64,000 nt of DNA from an uncultured Candidatus Saccharibacteria bacterium (lineage in GTDB: Bacteria; Patescibacteriota; Saccharimonadia; Saccharimonadales; Saccharimonadaceae). The notes beneath the pieces are model-generated. The model had not been told where the DNA came from, searched no databases, and saw nothing but the letters and a program-made list of their open reading frames with translations. Every line of letters begins with the position of its first letter. Positions within the stretch are counted from its first letter, which is position 1. The position numbers were made by a program, and so were the translations under genes. The stretch is from NCBI GenBank assembly GCA_964618945.1, contig CAZUDH010000002.1, forward strand, positions 30,712 through 94,711. The letters are read 5' to 3'. This document shows, piece after piece, positions 19,162 to 29,145 of the stretch.

Positions 19162-19866
19162 TTATAGAACCTCCTCTAACATAGCGCCGGTGTGCCTAAC
19201 AAGTCGCATTACTTTGGCATAGTCTTGCCTTGTTGGACCGAGCACTCCTATATAACTATGGTCACTGAGCGGTGAACGAAAACGACTAATAATTAGGCTT
19301 GCCTGCGAATTGCGCCCGATAGGGTTTTCGGTACCAATAAACACGTTCAGTGGTTCATTTGGAGCAGCTTCGCGTAGCCACGGCTGCAAGTTATCAAGTA
19401 GCCTGGCTACCGAACTTGGATTTGCAGCAAATTCTGGCTGGCTAAACAAGTTACCCATGCCATTCATATACAGCTGGTCGCCAATGGTTGCCAGCCCCAA
19501 ATTGTGTGTAATTTCGACTAAACTATCTACCGCGCTGCGTATTGCACGGTCGGTGCGATCGGCATAGTTAGCAACGCGGGCATCGATTGCTTTAGCGCTA
19601 CGATCGAGCAAGTATGGCGTTTCGTTTGGCTGTGGTTGATCGGTAATTTGATTAACATAATAGCGATAGCCTTTGTCAGTCGGCACGCGGCCGGCACTTG
19701 TGTGCGGCTGGGTAATATAGCCGCTTTCTTCGAGTGCCGCCATTTCGGCACGAATTGTTGCACTACTCACGCCAAAAAGTTTTGCCAGAATAACGCTTCC
19801 CACTGGGGCTGCGATTTCAGCATATTGTTCGATGATAGCGGCAAGTAGTTTTGTTTGACGTTCAGT
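19162..19866 (-). CDS. hrcA: Heat-inducible transcription repressor HrcA (short form, about 234 aa)
   Basis: The N-terminal wHTH is [16 protein letters not shown]...[43 protein letters not shown]. The start at 19866 is chosen because the longer ORF would run through its own CIRCE site. Confidence 0.85.
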   Translation of the reverse strand, partial: TERQTKLLAAIIEQYAEIAAPVGSVILAKLFGVSSATIRAEMAALEESGYITQPHTSAGRVPTDKGYRYYVNQITDQPQPNETPYLLDRSAKAIDARVANYADRTDRAIRSAVDSLVEITHNLGLATIGDQLYMNGMGNLFSQPEFAANPSSVARLLDNLQPWLREAAPNEPLNVFIGTENPIGRNSQASLIISRFRSPLSDHSYIGVLGPTRQDYAKVMRLVRHTGAMLEEVL

Positions 19867-19889
19867 CATGATGCTATTATATCGCATAT

Positions 19890-19916
19890 TTGGCACTCAT
19901 TCAATTAGAGTGCTAG
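19890..19916 (-). promoter_or_regulatory. CIRCE-like operator upstream of hrcA
   Basis: The sequence is TTGGCACTC-N9-GAGTGCTAG, 24 nt upstream of the preferred hrcA start. Confidence 0.7.
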
Positions 19917-19961
19917 CTTTGGTATTTGCACTACACACCTTCCAGTAGGTATACTAATCCT

Positions 19962-20606
19962 ATGGAAGATTTACAGAAACTCTCTACAATCAAAAGTTGG
20001 CTCGGCACCGGTTCTATCAATCTATTCGGCCGACAATTTTGTGGCAAAGACACCCAGTGCGATCTTTTAGCGCGCGATCTCGGTGGAATTGTAATTGGTG
20101 GTGGTGAGATACTACGTAGCGGGGATACTCCGCGTGAGGTGATGGAACAAGTTAATTCGGGAAACTTAGCACCAACAGAGGCTTATCGTTCAATCGTCAC
20201 GCCCTATTTGGCTAAACAGGAATTTGCGAATGTTCCACTACTCCTCAGTACCGTTGGTCGTATGAAGGGAGAGGAACAAGTCGTGATTCGCGCTGCTCGC
20301 GAGAGTGGACATGAGATCAAAGCAGCTATTTTTCTCGATATTAGCGAACAAGTGACGTGGGAGCGATTTCACACGAGCACTCAGGATGGTACACGCGAAA
20401 AACGAGTCGATGACGACGAAGAAGGTATTAAAAAACGTCTTCAGCTTTTTAATGAATCAACGATACCGGTTATCAACGTGTATCGTGAGCTTGGTCTTGT
20501 TATTGACATTGATGCTTCAAAGCCCGTAATGGCCGTCTATGCAGACATTATTGATGAGCTATATAAAAGAGCGCAACAAGCTAGTCGCGCTTCAGCATCA
20601 CAGTAA
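19962..20606 (+). CDS. Adenylate kinase-like nucleoside monophosphate kinase (divergent P-loop)
   Basis: It shows INLFGRQFCGKDTQ (the GxxxxGK..TQ pattern of Adk), GGGEILR and a C-terminal IDELYKR-type helix. The ATG at 19962 is preferred over the TTG at 19926. Confidence 0.55.
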   Translation: MEDLQKLSTIKSWLGTGSINLFGRQFCGKDTQCDLLARDLGGIVIGGGEILRSGDTPREVMEQVNSGNLAPTEAYRSIVTPYLAKQEFANVPLLLSTVGRMKGEEQVVIRAARESGHEIKAAIFLDISEQVTWERFHTSTQDGTREKRVDDDEEGIKKRLQLFNESTIPVINVYRELGLVIDIDASKPVMAVYADIIDELYKRAQQASRASASQ

Positions 20607-22359
20607 ACGCCTCACTCGGTATATCTACTTTGCCAAAACGTTTCATGCGCTTTTTACCTTTTGCCTGTTTTGCAAGCAGCTTTTTTTTGCGACTGACATC
20701 GCCACCATATAAGTAGCCTGTCACATCCTTGCGGTAGGCACTTAAATCTTCGCGCGCAATAAATTTTCCGTTAATTCCCGCTTGCAAACTCACCTGAAAG
20801 TTTTGGCGCGGAATGACATCCTTTAATTTTTTGGTAATATCGCGTCCTAAGCTTTGGCTTTCGCTACGGTGTGCCATGACACTTAGTGCATCCACTATTT
20901 CGCCTGCCACATAAAAATCTACGCGCACCAAATCTTCTTCACGATATTCTGAAAGCTCGTAATTAAAGCTTCCGTATCCGCTCGTGACACTTTTTAATTG
21001 ATCGTAAAAGTCTGTCAGCAGGTTGGCGAGTGGTGCTTCAAAACTGATTAGGGCACGTTCGTCTATATAGCTAAGGTTTTTTTGACGTCCGCGTTTTGAA
21101 ACGATAAGCTGAATAACTGCACCAATGTATTCTTGTGGCACAACAATTTCACCATTAATCCAAGGTTCACGAATACTTTTAATTTTTGTCACCTCTGGTA
21201 GATCGCTCGCGCTTTTGATATCGAGCTCTTCCCCGCTATTCATTGATACCTGATAGTCCGTGCTGGGATTTGTCACTACAAGGTCGAGGTTATACTCACG
21301 CTCTAAACGTTCGCGGATAATGTCCATGTGGAGCAACCCCAAAAAACCAATGCGCACACCAAAGCCAAGCACGGGTGAATTCTCTGGCTCAAACTGCAGC
21401 GCGCTGTCGCTCAAGCTAAGTTTTTCGATGGCTTCTTTGAGCTCATTATAGTCTTCATTGGAGACCGGAAAAAAACCGGCATACACAAACGGCTTCACGT
21501 TTTGATAGCCAGGAAGTGCCTCAGTTGCACGAGATCGCTTGACGGTAATTGTATCCCCAACTTTTGCATCGCGTGTCGTCTTTAGATTGGTGACGATATA
21601 TCCAATTTCCCCGGTATCAATTTCGTTTTCTGGTTTCATGCTCGGGCTAAGCGCTCCAACTTCAAGTGCAATTCCACTCGCACCAGTCGCAAGCATCTCA
21701 ATTGTATCGCCTTTTTTTATGGCACCGTCAAACGTTCGTGTATACAAAATCACGCCACGATAATCGTCGTAATAGCTATCAAAAATTAGGCTACGCGTCG
21801 ATGCACCTTCATTACCTTTTGGTGCTGCAATACGCTCGACAACCGCATCCAAAACTCCTATTACACCTTCGCCAGTTTTAGCACTTATTTTTAGAATATC
21901 TTCGTCGCTGCAGCCCAGAAGATTTTTTACCTCTGCGCTTACGCGCGGTACGTCAGCAGCAGGTAGATCGACTTTATTAAGAACTGGGATAATAACAAGA
22001 TCGGCGGCAAGCGCCAAATAAACATTGGCAAGCGTTTGCGCCTGAATGCCTTGGCTAGCATCAACTACTAACACCGCGCCTTCACACGCTTCTAAGCTCC
22101 GCGAAACTTCATAGCTGAAATCGACATGTCCCGGCGTATCAATCAAATTCAAATCGTAGTTTTTGTATTTCATTCGCACTGGTGCAAGTTTGATAGTAAT
22201 ACCTTTTTCTCGTTCGAGCTCCATACTATCGAGTAGTTGTGATTTCATGTCACGTTTTTCGACTGTTCCAGTCAGTTCGAGCATGCGATCTGCAAGCGTG
22301 CTCTTACCGTGATCGATATGAGCAATGATGCAAAAATTTCGGATATGAGCCTGGTCCAT
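20581..22359 (-). CDS. lepA: Elongation factor 4 (LepA)
   Basis: It shows IRNFCIIAHIDHGKSTLADR, DTPGHVDF, NKVDL and the LepA-specific C-terminal domain. Confidence 0.95.
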   Translation of the reverse strand: MDQAHIRNFCIIAHIDHGKSTLADRMLELTGTVEKRDMKSQLLDSMELEREKGITIKLAPVRMKYKNYDLNLIDTPGHVDFSYEVSRSLEACEGAVLVVDASQGIQAQTLANVYLALAADLVIIPVLNKVDLPAADVPRVSAEVKNLLGCSDEDILKISAKTGEGVIGVLDAVVERIAAPKGNEGASTRSLIFDSYYDDYRGVILYTRTFDGAIKKGDTIEMLATGASGIALEVGALSPSMKPENEIDTGEIGYIVTNLKTTRDAKVGDTITVKRSRATEALPGYQNVKPFVYAGFFPVSNEDYNELKEAIEKLSLSDSALQFEPENSPVLGFGVRIGFLGLLHMDIIRERLEREYNLDLVVTNPSTDYQVSMNSGEELDIKSASDLPEVTKIKSIREPWINGEIVVPQEYIGAVIQLIVSKRGRQKNLSYIDERALISFEAPLANLLTDFYDQLKSVTSGYGSFNYELSEYREEDLVRVDFYVAGEIVDALSVMAHRSESQSLGRDITKKLKDVIPRQNFQVSLQAGINGKFIAREDLSAYRKDVTGYLYGGDVSRKKKLLAKQAKGKKRMKRFGKVDIPSEAFTVMLKRD

Positions 22360-22401
22360 TTAGGCTAGTATAGCAGGTTTTCTAGAAAATAACAGGGGTA
22401 G

Positions 22402-24039
22402 CTACTTGCGCGTTGGATCGAGATATCCAAGGAATGTACGGCGTGCGACACGAATCACAGGGTTTGCTTCCTTTAGGCCAAGCATTCGACTAAATACAAC
22501 ATATGCGATCATACTAAGCCCAACAATCGCTGTAAACTTTGGAAATGTTGCGATAAAGCTATTGTCCGTAATCCTAAAGGGTAAAAGAAGTACGAGTGAA
22601 TAACAGACGACTGCCATAAAGCCTGTGGCACTCGCCATGCGAGCAACGCCATGCCAAAATGCTTTGTCAAATAGCCCGCTGATACGTCTAGACATCACGA
22701 CAAATAATACGAAAACTTCGATTACTGCAACAATTGACTGCGCCCAGGCGAGACCATACACTCCCATGTTTAGAGACGGTGAAGTAAAATACAGAGCGAG
22801 AGCGATATTAAGTCCGATGGCAAAGATCGAAATATACAGCGGAGTCTTTGTATCCTGCTGCGCATAAAAGCTGCGTGCAGAAATAAAGTAAATGGACCTG
22901 AAGAATATCGCGATAACAAATGCACCCAATATGCCGGCAATGAGTGCATCACCTCCGTTTTTTATAAAACTCACAACGTATCCACGTGTGAAAAACGTGA
23001 TGATCGCAACGGGAAGTGCTAACCATACAATTATGCGAATTACAGCCTGTAGCTCATTTTTGAATAAGTCCATCCGACCATCAGCAAGTCGTTCAGTCAT
23101 CCGAGGAAATGCAGCTGTACTAATCGCTACCCCTATCAAGTTAATTGGTGCCATGTGCAGCGTAGAGGCCTGGTCGAATGCCGCAATTGAACCAGCTTTA
23201 AATTTCGATGCAATATTTGTTTCAATGATACCGACGACATAATCCATCCCTTGGTCGATAGACCGAGCCGGAAGTAATGTCAGCACTTTGCGAAAGCCTT
23301 TATTTTTCCAGTAAATTTTGAATTGGTAGTCAAAACCAAGTCCAATCAAGCCGATACTGCTGACAAGTAATTGTAGGATTGAGCCAAACACTACTCCAAG
23401 TGCAACCCCCATAATTCCACCCTCAAATGCTTGCCATCCAAAAATATTGATACCATTCGTAAACCACGTAATACCAATAACGATACCGATGTTATAAAGG
23501 ATTGGCGCGAGTGTAAAGAACGCGAAACGGCCAACTGCCTGTTGCATACTTGCCATTACGGCAGAAATCGCGAAGAGGAATGGGTTTACCGCGATAACGC
23601 GCATCATGCTCACCGCGAGCGCCATGCTTGTTTCATCAAGGTTTGGTGCAATCAAATACCGCATCAGTGGTTCGGCAAAAATAATCATCGTGATACTGGC
23701 GATCATCGTGAGAACAGCCATGAAATTTATCATGCTACTTGATAGCTCCCAGGCAGATTTACGGTTGCCCGTCATGAGCCGTTGATTAAACACCGGGATA
23801 AACGTCACGCTTAGCGCGCCAGAAACCAAAATAAAAAACATGAAATCTGGAAGCTTAAATGCCGCTATGTATGCATCAAGTCCTGGTTTGTATGTATCAT
23901 AGTAGGCGGCGTTAAGAAGGCGCAGACGGAAAAACCCGAAGAGGAACGAAACGAGCGTTGATCCAGAAATCAACGCTGCAGCTATTTGAATCGTGACTTT
24001 TTGATTAGCCCTTTCAACCGCTTTTCGTATTCGTCCCAT
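22402..24039 (-). CDS. murJ: Lipid II flippase MurJ (MviN family)
   Basis: This is a 545-aa, roughly 14-TM protein with MviN-like N-terminal features (LRLLNAAY, FIPVFN). Confidence 0.8.
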   Translation of the reverse strand: MGRIRKAVERANQKVTIQIAAALISGSTLVSFLFGFFRLRLLNAAYYDTYKPGLDAYIAAFKLPDFMFFILVSGALSVTFIPVFNQRLMTGNRKSAWELSSSMINFMAVLTMIASITMIIFAEPLMRYLIAPNLDETSMALAVSMMRVIAVNPFLFAISAVMASMQQAVGRFAFFTLAPILYNIGIVIGITWFTNGINIFGWQAFEGGIMGVALGVVFGSILQLLVSSIGLIGLGFDYQFKIYWKNKGFRKVLTLLPARSIDQGMDYVVGIIETNIASKFKAGSIAAFDQASTLHMAPINLIGVAISTAAFPRMTERLADGRMDLFKNELQAVIRIIVWLALPVAIITFFTRGYVVSFIKNGGDALIAGILGAFVIAIFFRSIYFISARSFYAQQDTKTPLYISIFAIGLNIALALYFTSPSLNMGVYGLAWAQSIVAVIEVFVLFVVMSRRISGLFDKAFWHGVARMASATGFMAVVCYSLVLLLPFRITDNSFIATFPKFTAIVGLSMIAYVVFSRMLGLKEANPVIRVARRTFLGYLDPTRK

Positions 24040-24057
24040 ACGTTTTTTCTTCGCTCA

Positions 24058-25929
24058 TTATGAATGTAGCGTCGCTTCTTTCGGTAATTTTGCTGTTTCC
24101 AAAATTCGATTTACCGCATCTTCTTCCAGCGTCTCTTCTTTCAAGAGTGCCTTTGCCAGAATATCAAGCTGGGTTCGATTTGCTTGAATAACAAGTTCAG
24201 CGCGTTTGCCAGCTTCTTTCATGAGTTTGGCAACTTCTTCGTCAATGAGCTTAGCAGTGTTATCACTGTATGGACGTTCATGAGTGATTTTGTCAAACAC
24301 CATGCCGCCACTGTCTTCGTGGAATACTTGGTCACGCAGAGCTGTTCCCATTCCTTGTTCGATAACCATATCACGAGCAATTTCTGTTGCCTTTCGCAAG
24401 TCGTTTCCGGCACCTGTCGTAATTCCATCATTACCATAAATAATTTTCTCAGCAATACGCCCGCCAAGCGCTCGAGCCAAAATATCTTTGAACTCGTACA
24501 CATTCGTATAGCTCTTGTCTTCAGGTGGCAAGAACCACGTTACACCACCTGTACCACCCCGTGGGATAATTGTGACTTTGTGTACTGGGTCGCTATCGGG
24601 AAGCACATGCCCAACAATTGCGTGTCCAGCTTCGTGATAAGCCGTAAGCTCTTTTTCCTTATCGCTCATCACCTTGGCTTTTCGCTCAGGTCCAATGGCA
24701 ACCTTTTCAAACGCTTCCGTGAGGTCGGCGCCAGTAATTGCTTTTGCATTTCGACGTGCAGCAATAATTGCGGCTTCATTTGCAATATTTGCAAGGTCAG
24801 CACCGCTACTGCCGGCGGTTTTGGCCGCTAGTTTATCGAGATTAACAGTATTATCTGTAGGTTTATTTTTGAAGTGAACCTTCAAAATAGCTTCACGATC
24901 TTTTCGTTCTGGCAGCATAATATTGGTGCGACGGTCGAATCGTCCTGGACGAAGTAGGGCAGGGTCGAGCACATCGGCACGGTTCGTCGCAGCGAGAACG
25001 ATGACGTTTGTATCGGTTTCAAAACCGTCCATTTCTACCAAAATCTGATTCAACGTTTGCTCACGCTCGTCATGTCCGCCGCCCATGCCGCTTCCACGCT
25101 TTCGACCAACGGCATCGATCTCATCAATGAATATAATAGCCGGAGCATTTTTCTTTGCTTTCGCGAAAAGATCACGTACCCGGCTTGCGCCCACACCGAC
25201 AAACATTTCAACGAATTCGCTACCAGAAATACTAAAAAATGGTACATTTGCTTCGCCAGCGACAGCACGGGCGAGCATTGTTTTACCGGTTCCAGGGTTA
25301 CCAACTAGCAATACACCTTTGGGAATTTTGGCGCCGAGTTGCTGGTATTTTTTCGGATGCTTTAAAAAATCAACGACTTCTTCAAGATCTTGCTTCGCGC
25401 TATCATTGCCTGCGATATCATCAAACAGAACTTTTTCTTTGTCGCTTCCATATAGCTTGGCCTTACTTTTGCCGAATCCGAGTGCTTGGTTATTTTGGCC
25501 CTGGGCTTGGCGCATCATGTACATAAACAGTGCCCCAATCAGAATGACTGGCAGAATGATCGAAAGCACATTCCATATCATGCCACTTGTTTGCGATGGT
25601 GCGCTATCGGCAACAATCTTTTTCGCCTCAGGCGTGAGCGCCGTGTCTTTCAGCAACGTACTAACGCCACCCTGAATATAGGATTTTTCAGTTGCCTTAT
25701 CTTGGCCTTTTACAGTAATCCTTAAGTCATCACCTTGGCCTTCGATTTTTGCGAGTTCACCTTTGTTCGCTCGCTCGATGATACTTCCGATATCTTTTTT
25801 TGTGAGGTTATCCTGAGTAACACCAATATTGAGAAGCGAAATACCGATTAGTACTAGAATAATCCAAAATAATGTCAGTCGAAGCATGTTTCCGAATGAA
25901 CGTTTTGGTGAGTTAGGTTGCTTTGCCAT
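24058..25929 (-). CDS. ftsH: ATP-dependent zinc metalloprotease FtsH
   Basis: It has N-terminal TMs, an AAA+ module ([26 protein letters not shown]) and the HEAGHA zinc motif. Confidence 0.97.
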   Translation of the reverse strand: MAKQPNSPKRSFGNMLRLTLFWIILVLIGISLLNIGVTQDNLTKKDIGSIIERANKGELAKIEGQGDDLRITVKGQDKATEKSYIQGGVSTLLKDTALTPEAKKIVADSAPSQTSGMIWNVLSIILPVILIGALFMYMMRQAQGQNNQALGFGKSKAKLYGSDKEKVLFDDIAGNDSAKQDLEEVVDFLKHPKKYQQLGAKIPKGVLLVGNPGTGKTMLARAVAGEANVPFFSISGSEFVEMFVGVGASRVRDLFAKAKKNAPAIIFIDEIDAVGRKRGSGMGGGHDEREQTLNQILVEMDGFETDTNVIVLAATNRADVLDPALLRPGRFDRRTNIMLPERKDREAILKVHFKNKPTDNTVNLDKLAAKTAGSSGADLANIANEAAIIAARRNAKAITGADLTEAFEKVAIGPERKAKVMSDKEKELTAYHEAGHAIVGHVLPDSDPVHKVTIIPRGGTGGVTWFLPPEDKSYTNVYEFKDILARALGGRIAEKIIYGNDGITTGAGNDLRKATEIARDMVIEQGMGTALRDQVFHEDSGGMVFDKITHERPYSDNTAKLIDEEVAKLMKEAGKRAELVIQANRTQLDILAKALLKEETLEEDAVNRILETAKLPKEATLHS

Positions 25930-25992
25930 AATGAACGCGCGTCTGTCCTTCCTTTTTGCCTTAAGAATGTCGTGCTCTAATAATTCCTTTAA

Positions 25993-26820
25993 TTATAGCA
26001 TTCTAAGATTGAATTCATCTAGAGTAAATTGAGCCAAAACGCCATTACCGCTTTGGTGTTTAGTTCCAGGACGAGCTACTTTAATTGCGAGCCATAGAGC
26101 CTTTAGCTGAGGACGTGTCAGGCGTTGGCCAGTGAGAGCTCGTAACACTTCAAGATTTTCCGGCATATCTATCATGCGGTAAGGATATCGCGAGGCTCCC
26201 CATTCTTTTGCTATTTTTTCCGCCTCCTGGTCAACACATGTTATAAGCTCAACCTGTTCGTCACGGAGTTTGGCGATGCTGCGCTTCACGGTATCATCCA
26301 GCGCGCATACTCGTTTTCGTACTCGATTACGGTGGTACGCGGGTTCTCTATTGGTTTCATCTTCAACCCATTCGAGACTATGCTCGAGTGCATATGCATA
26401 AATTTCCTGCTTTGTCATTGCCAACAGTGGCCGCTTAACATCTTGCGCATTTAGCACTGCCAAACCGCGCCAGCCTGTGCCACGCTCAAAATTAATCACG
26501 ACTGTTTCGACCAAGTCATCAAGATGATGGGCGGTTACAATCTGGGCATTGTGTTTTGTCGCTACCGACCGCAAAAATTTGTACCGGCGTTCGCGAGCAT
26601 AATTTTCGCTTGATGTTTCCCTTAATTCTTCGCGCACAGATTCAAAAGGGAGGTGATGTAGTTTTGCGAGTCCCTCAACGAACTTGGCGTCGGCAGCGGA
26701 TTCAGTCCGAATGCCATGATCAAAATGGGCAACAACAAGATCATCTTCACCCTTTTTTACGAGCATATCAAGCAATACCACCGAGTCCACCCCGCCACTC
26801 ACCGCAACAATATATTTCAC
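25993..26820 (-). CDS. tilS: tRNA(Ile)-lysidine synthase TilS (short form)
   Basis: It has the PP-loop VAVSGGVDSVVLLDM, followed by HFDHG.R and TAHHLDD. Confidence 0.85.
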   Translation of the reverse strand: MKYIVAVSGGVDSVVLLDMLVKKGEDDLVVAHFDHGIRTESAADAKFVEGLAKLHHLPFESVREELRETSSENYARERRYKFLRSVATKHNAQIVTAHHLDDLVETVVINFERGTGWRGLAVLNAQDVKRPLLAMTKQEIYAYALEHSLEWVEDETNREPAYHRNRVRKRVCALDDTVKRSIAKLRDEQVELITCVDQEAEKIAKEWGASRYPYRMIDMPENLEVLRALTGQRLTRPQLKALWLAIKVARPGTKHQSGNGVLAQFTLDEFNLRML

Positions 26821-26994
26821 TTATCCAAACCGTTTACTTACTACAACCGCGAGCCATATCCCCAAAAAGCCGCCCAGCGGGCTCAGCAGCAAGCTTGCCA
26901 GGCCAAAAACATCATTGTCACCCCACGCCATTGGTAAAAACGCCCCCAGCGTCATACCAATCATTGCACCAGCCATTACTACGTGTTTGTTCAT
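26821..26994 (-). CDS. Small two-TM membrane protein (57 aa)
   Basis: The sequence is MNKHVVMAGAMIGMTLGAFLPMAWG...GGFLGIWLAVVVSKRFG. Its stop abuts the tilS ATG. The longer ORF-track version would overlap dinB. Confidence 0.45.
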   Translation of the reverse strand: MNKHVVMAGAMIGMTLGAFLPMAWGDNDVFGLASLLLSPLGGFLGIWLAVVVSKRFG

Positions 26995-27016
26995 ACAGAT
27001 AGTATAGCAAGTACTC

Positions 27017-28249
27017 CTATAGATAGCGTGTGCTGCCGAACGGGATTTTTTGTTTGACATACATTCCTGTCCCTAGCGTATGAGCGCTATGGACGGTTCT
27101 ATCACCAAAGCGTTGATTTATTTCATCAATTGCCTTAGTGGCATACCGCTCTCGTAGTAGTTCATCGCCCCACAAGTTCAGTTGTGTGTCGCCGCAATCA
27201 GTCAGTTCGTAGCATGTCACACCAATTTCTTTTGGATCACTTGGGCTATTTTGAAAAAGCCAAGCTGCCAAAGTGTAAATAGCTTGATTAGAGCTAAAGG
27301 GTACATTCACCATGTGACGTGCTTTCCAATACCCTTTGCGGAGGCTTTTTGCATACACATAAATGCCTCGCGCCTGCTTGCCCTGACTGCGTAGTTTATA
27401 GCCAACGCTTTCGCAGAGGTTATGGAGCCGCTGCAGCACTTGATCATGCGTCAGATTAAATGATTCCAAAACATACTGCCGACCAGCGGTTCGCATTGGA
27501 AAATCACGCTTATCGACTTCCCAGCCACGTAGTCGCTGATGCCATTCTTCACCACACACGCTTTTAAATACCATGTCTTTTAGTAGCTTTGCATCAGCGT
27601 CCAAAAATTGTAGGGGAGTGTAAATACCTACGGCATTAAGGCGATGTTCATTACGATGGGCAATGCCCGTAAGGTCGGTGAGCTGTAAGGTAGAAAACAC
27701 TTCCCGTAGATTGTGCGACGTTAAAACATCCAGGCCATCTGGCTTATGCAGCCCCGCAGCTGTTTTAGCTAAAAACCGGTTAGTGCTAATACCTACATTA
27801 CAACGCATCGCGCATCCCACCTCACTCTTTAATCTCGTTTTTATCTCGTACCCAACTTCTTGCAAGGACCGTCCTTGCAATGCTTTTGTGCTTTCGTTAA
27901 AATCAATCACTCCCTCGTCAATACTTTTCATGCGTACATGGGCCGAGTAGCTGTTCATGATGTCCATAAGTTTGTGATACACGTAACGGTATTTGGGTGG
28001 GTCACTTTCGAGCATTACCAAATCTGGGCACAGCAGCTTTGCCTCTTTGTAACGCATACCGAGCTTTACCCCAGCTGCTTTTGCTTCATAACTAGCAGTA
28101 ATAATACTAGTATGCTCTGTTCGTCGATTCACAATCGCCACTGGCCGGCCTCGCAGCATCGGCCGCGCCTGCTGTTCTACGGTTGCAAAGCAGCTATTGA
28201 GGTCGATGTGCATGATGTGAGGCGGGGCAGGGTTATAATTGTTTTGCAT
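27017..28249 (-). CDS. dinB: Y-family DNA polymerase IV (DinB)
   Basis: It shows IMHIDLNSCFATVEQ (catalytic Asp), SIDEGVIDF (catalytic D-E) and a little-finger domain. Alternative starts are the ATG at 28276 and the TTG at 28282. Confidence 0.85.
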   Translation of the reverse strand: MQNNYNPAPPHIMHIDLNSCFATVEQQARPMLRGRPVAIVNRRTEHTSIITASYEAKAAGVKLGMRYKEAKLLCPDLVMLESDPPKYRYVYHKLMDIMNSYSAHVRMKSIDEGVIDFNESTKALQGRSLQEVGYEIKTRLKSEVGCAMRCNVGISTNRFLAKTAAGLHKPDGLDVLTSHNLREVFSTLQLTDLTGIAHRNEHRLNAVGIYTPLQFLDADAKLLKDMVFKSVCGEEWHQRLRGWEVDKRDFPMRTAGRQYVLESFNLTHDQVLQRLHNLCESVGYKLRSQGKQARGIYVYAKSLRKGYWKARHMVNVPFSSNQAIYTLAAWLFQNSPSDPKEIGVTCYELTDCGDTQLNLWGDELLRERYATKAIDEINQRFGDRTVHSAHTLGTGMYVKQKIPFGSTRYL

Positions 28250-28287
28250 GTTACTTAATTCCCTTTTTCTTTGCATTTCCAAACAAC

Positions 28288-28719
28288 CTACCCCTCATCT
28301 TTTTGACCGCAAAAAGATGCAAAAACTCCCAGGTAACTGTCCTTGCGCCGAGTAAGAAATAACCTGCACCCAAGGCTCACGAGAACGACCCTAAAGGGAT
28401 CGCTCAGCCATAATGAATGAGCTACGGATGGCTGAGGAAACTCGTTCGCATTACTCTTGGCTGCAAGCCATTTCTTAGTCGGGCTCGTCCAAATACCTGG
28501 AAAGCGGGCTCCGCGCCGCCTCAAGCAGCCGAAATGTCCTCTCAAATTTCCTGGACGGTATATTCGTAAAAACGACAATCTAACAGATCGCCACGACGAA
28601 CGAGCCGGACTTGAACGTTTTGCTTCCTTTCGTTTCAAGACGAAAAGAAGGCGTTTTGGCTCTTTTGCGCGCAAAAGAGCAGGTGGTTTCTTTGGCCATG
28701 CAAAGAATAAGTTAGTCAT
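28288..28719 (-). other. Unresolved: either a very basic 143-aa ORF or a hairpin-rich structured RNA between a small ORF and dinB
   Basis: The ORF has a GGAGGGGG RBS and an ATGA overlap with the upstream ORF. Its translation is R/K/S/W-rich (about 30 basic versus about 7 acidic residues by hand count) and low-complexity. The DNA holds at least five strong hairpins, including the perfect 22-nt palindrome gctcttttgcgcgcaaaagagc (28659-28680). Confidence 0.3.
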
Positions 28720-28979
28720 ATCCTATCCCCCTCCATCGTCAAATGCCATGTCAATCGCTCGCTATCGAACTCCAGCCGGTAGTCTAGCGAGCCGTCCGTC
28801 ACATCAAAAATATGCACCATGCGCCTGCCTTGTTCAGTTGGATGCCGTAAGCCAATTTCCGTTATTTCGATTTCCCGACCATTCGGTCGCCTAAACCGAC
28901 GCGGCACACAAGCGTTCAGACCAATGCCAAACGTTGCTACCACATCAACACGTTCGTTCAAGAATACTTCATCGTTCAT
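28716..28979 (-). CDS. Hypothetical protein (87 aa)
   Basis: The composition looks protein-like (EIEITEIGLRHPTEQGRRMVHIFDVTDGSLDYRLEF). It sits 1 nt after the upstream 54-aa ORF's stop and overlaps the next ORF by ATGA. Confidence 0.5.
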   Translation of the reverse strand: MNDEVFLNERVDVVATFGIGLNACVPRRFRRPNGREIEITEIGLRHPTEQGRRMVHIFDVTDGSLDYRLEFDSERLTWHLTMEGDRI

Positions 28980-28980
28980 A

Positions 28981-29145
28981 TTAGTCGCCCCGCTCTAGCC
29001 ACTGCTTTTGACGGCGTCGCAACATAAATTCGTACATACGTCGTTTCAGAATGGTATCAATTTTTTCAGGCCGGTGTGGTGAGCAAGGTATTTCGATATA
29101 CGCAACTGTTGGGCTTACTGGGTAACTAGAAAGTTCATCATTCAT
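28981..29145 (-). CDS. Hypothetical small protein (54 aa; not in the ORF track)
   Basis: Translated by hand: MNDELSSYPVSPTVAYIEIPCSPHRPEKIDTILKRRMYEFMLRRRQKQWLERGD. A GGAGA RBS lies 8 nt upstream. The junction with the next ORF reads TAA-T-ATG. Confidence 0.35.
   Translation of the reverse strand: MNDELSSYPVSPTVAYIEIPCSPHRPEKIDTILKRRMYEFMLRRRQKQWLERGD

Noticed and set aside
28288-28719. Possible RNase P RNA, tmRNA or SRP RNA. Segments resemble the P4 strands: GGAAAGCGGGCTCC and CACGACGAACGAGCCGGACTT on the plus strand, and AAGTCCGGCTC on the minus strand.
   Set aside because: The two P4-like strands are only about 100-160 nt apart, leaving no room for a specificity domain. No tRNA-like T arm or CCA end suits a tmRNA, and no GGAA-tetraloop domain IV suits SRP RNA. 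I therefore keep it only as an unclassified structured region or odd ORF.
28457-28894. A 145-aa plus-strand ORF antisense to the dinB-upstream cassette.
   Set aside because: It has an arginine- and proline-rich nonsense-like composition and no RBS. It overlaps the better-supported 87-aa minus-strand ORF. Long antisense shadow ORFs are common in this window.
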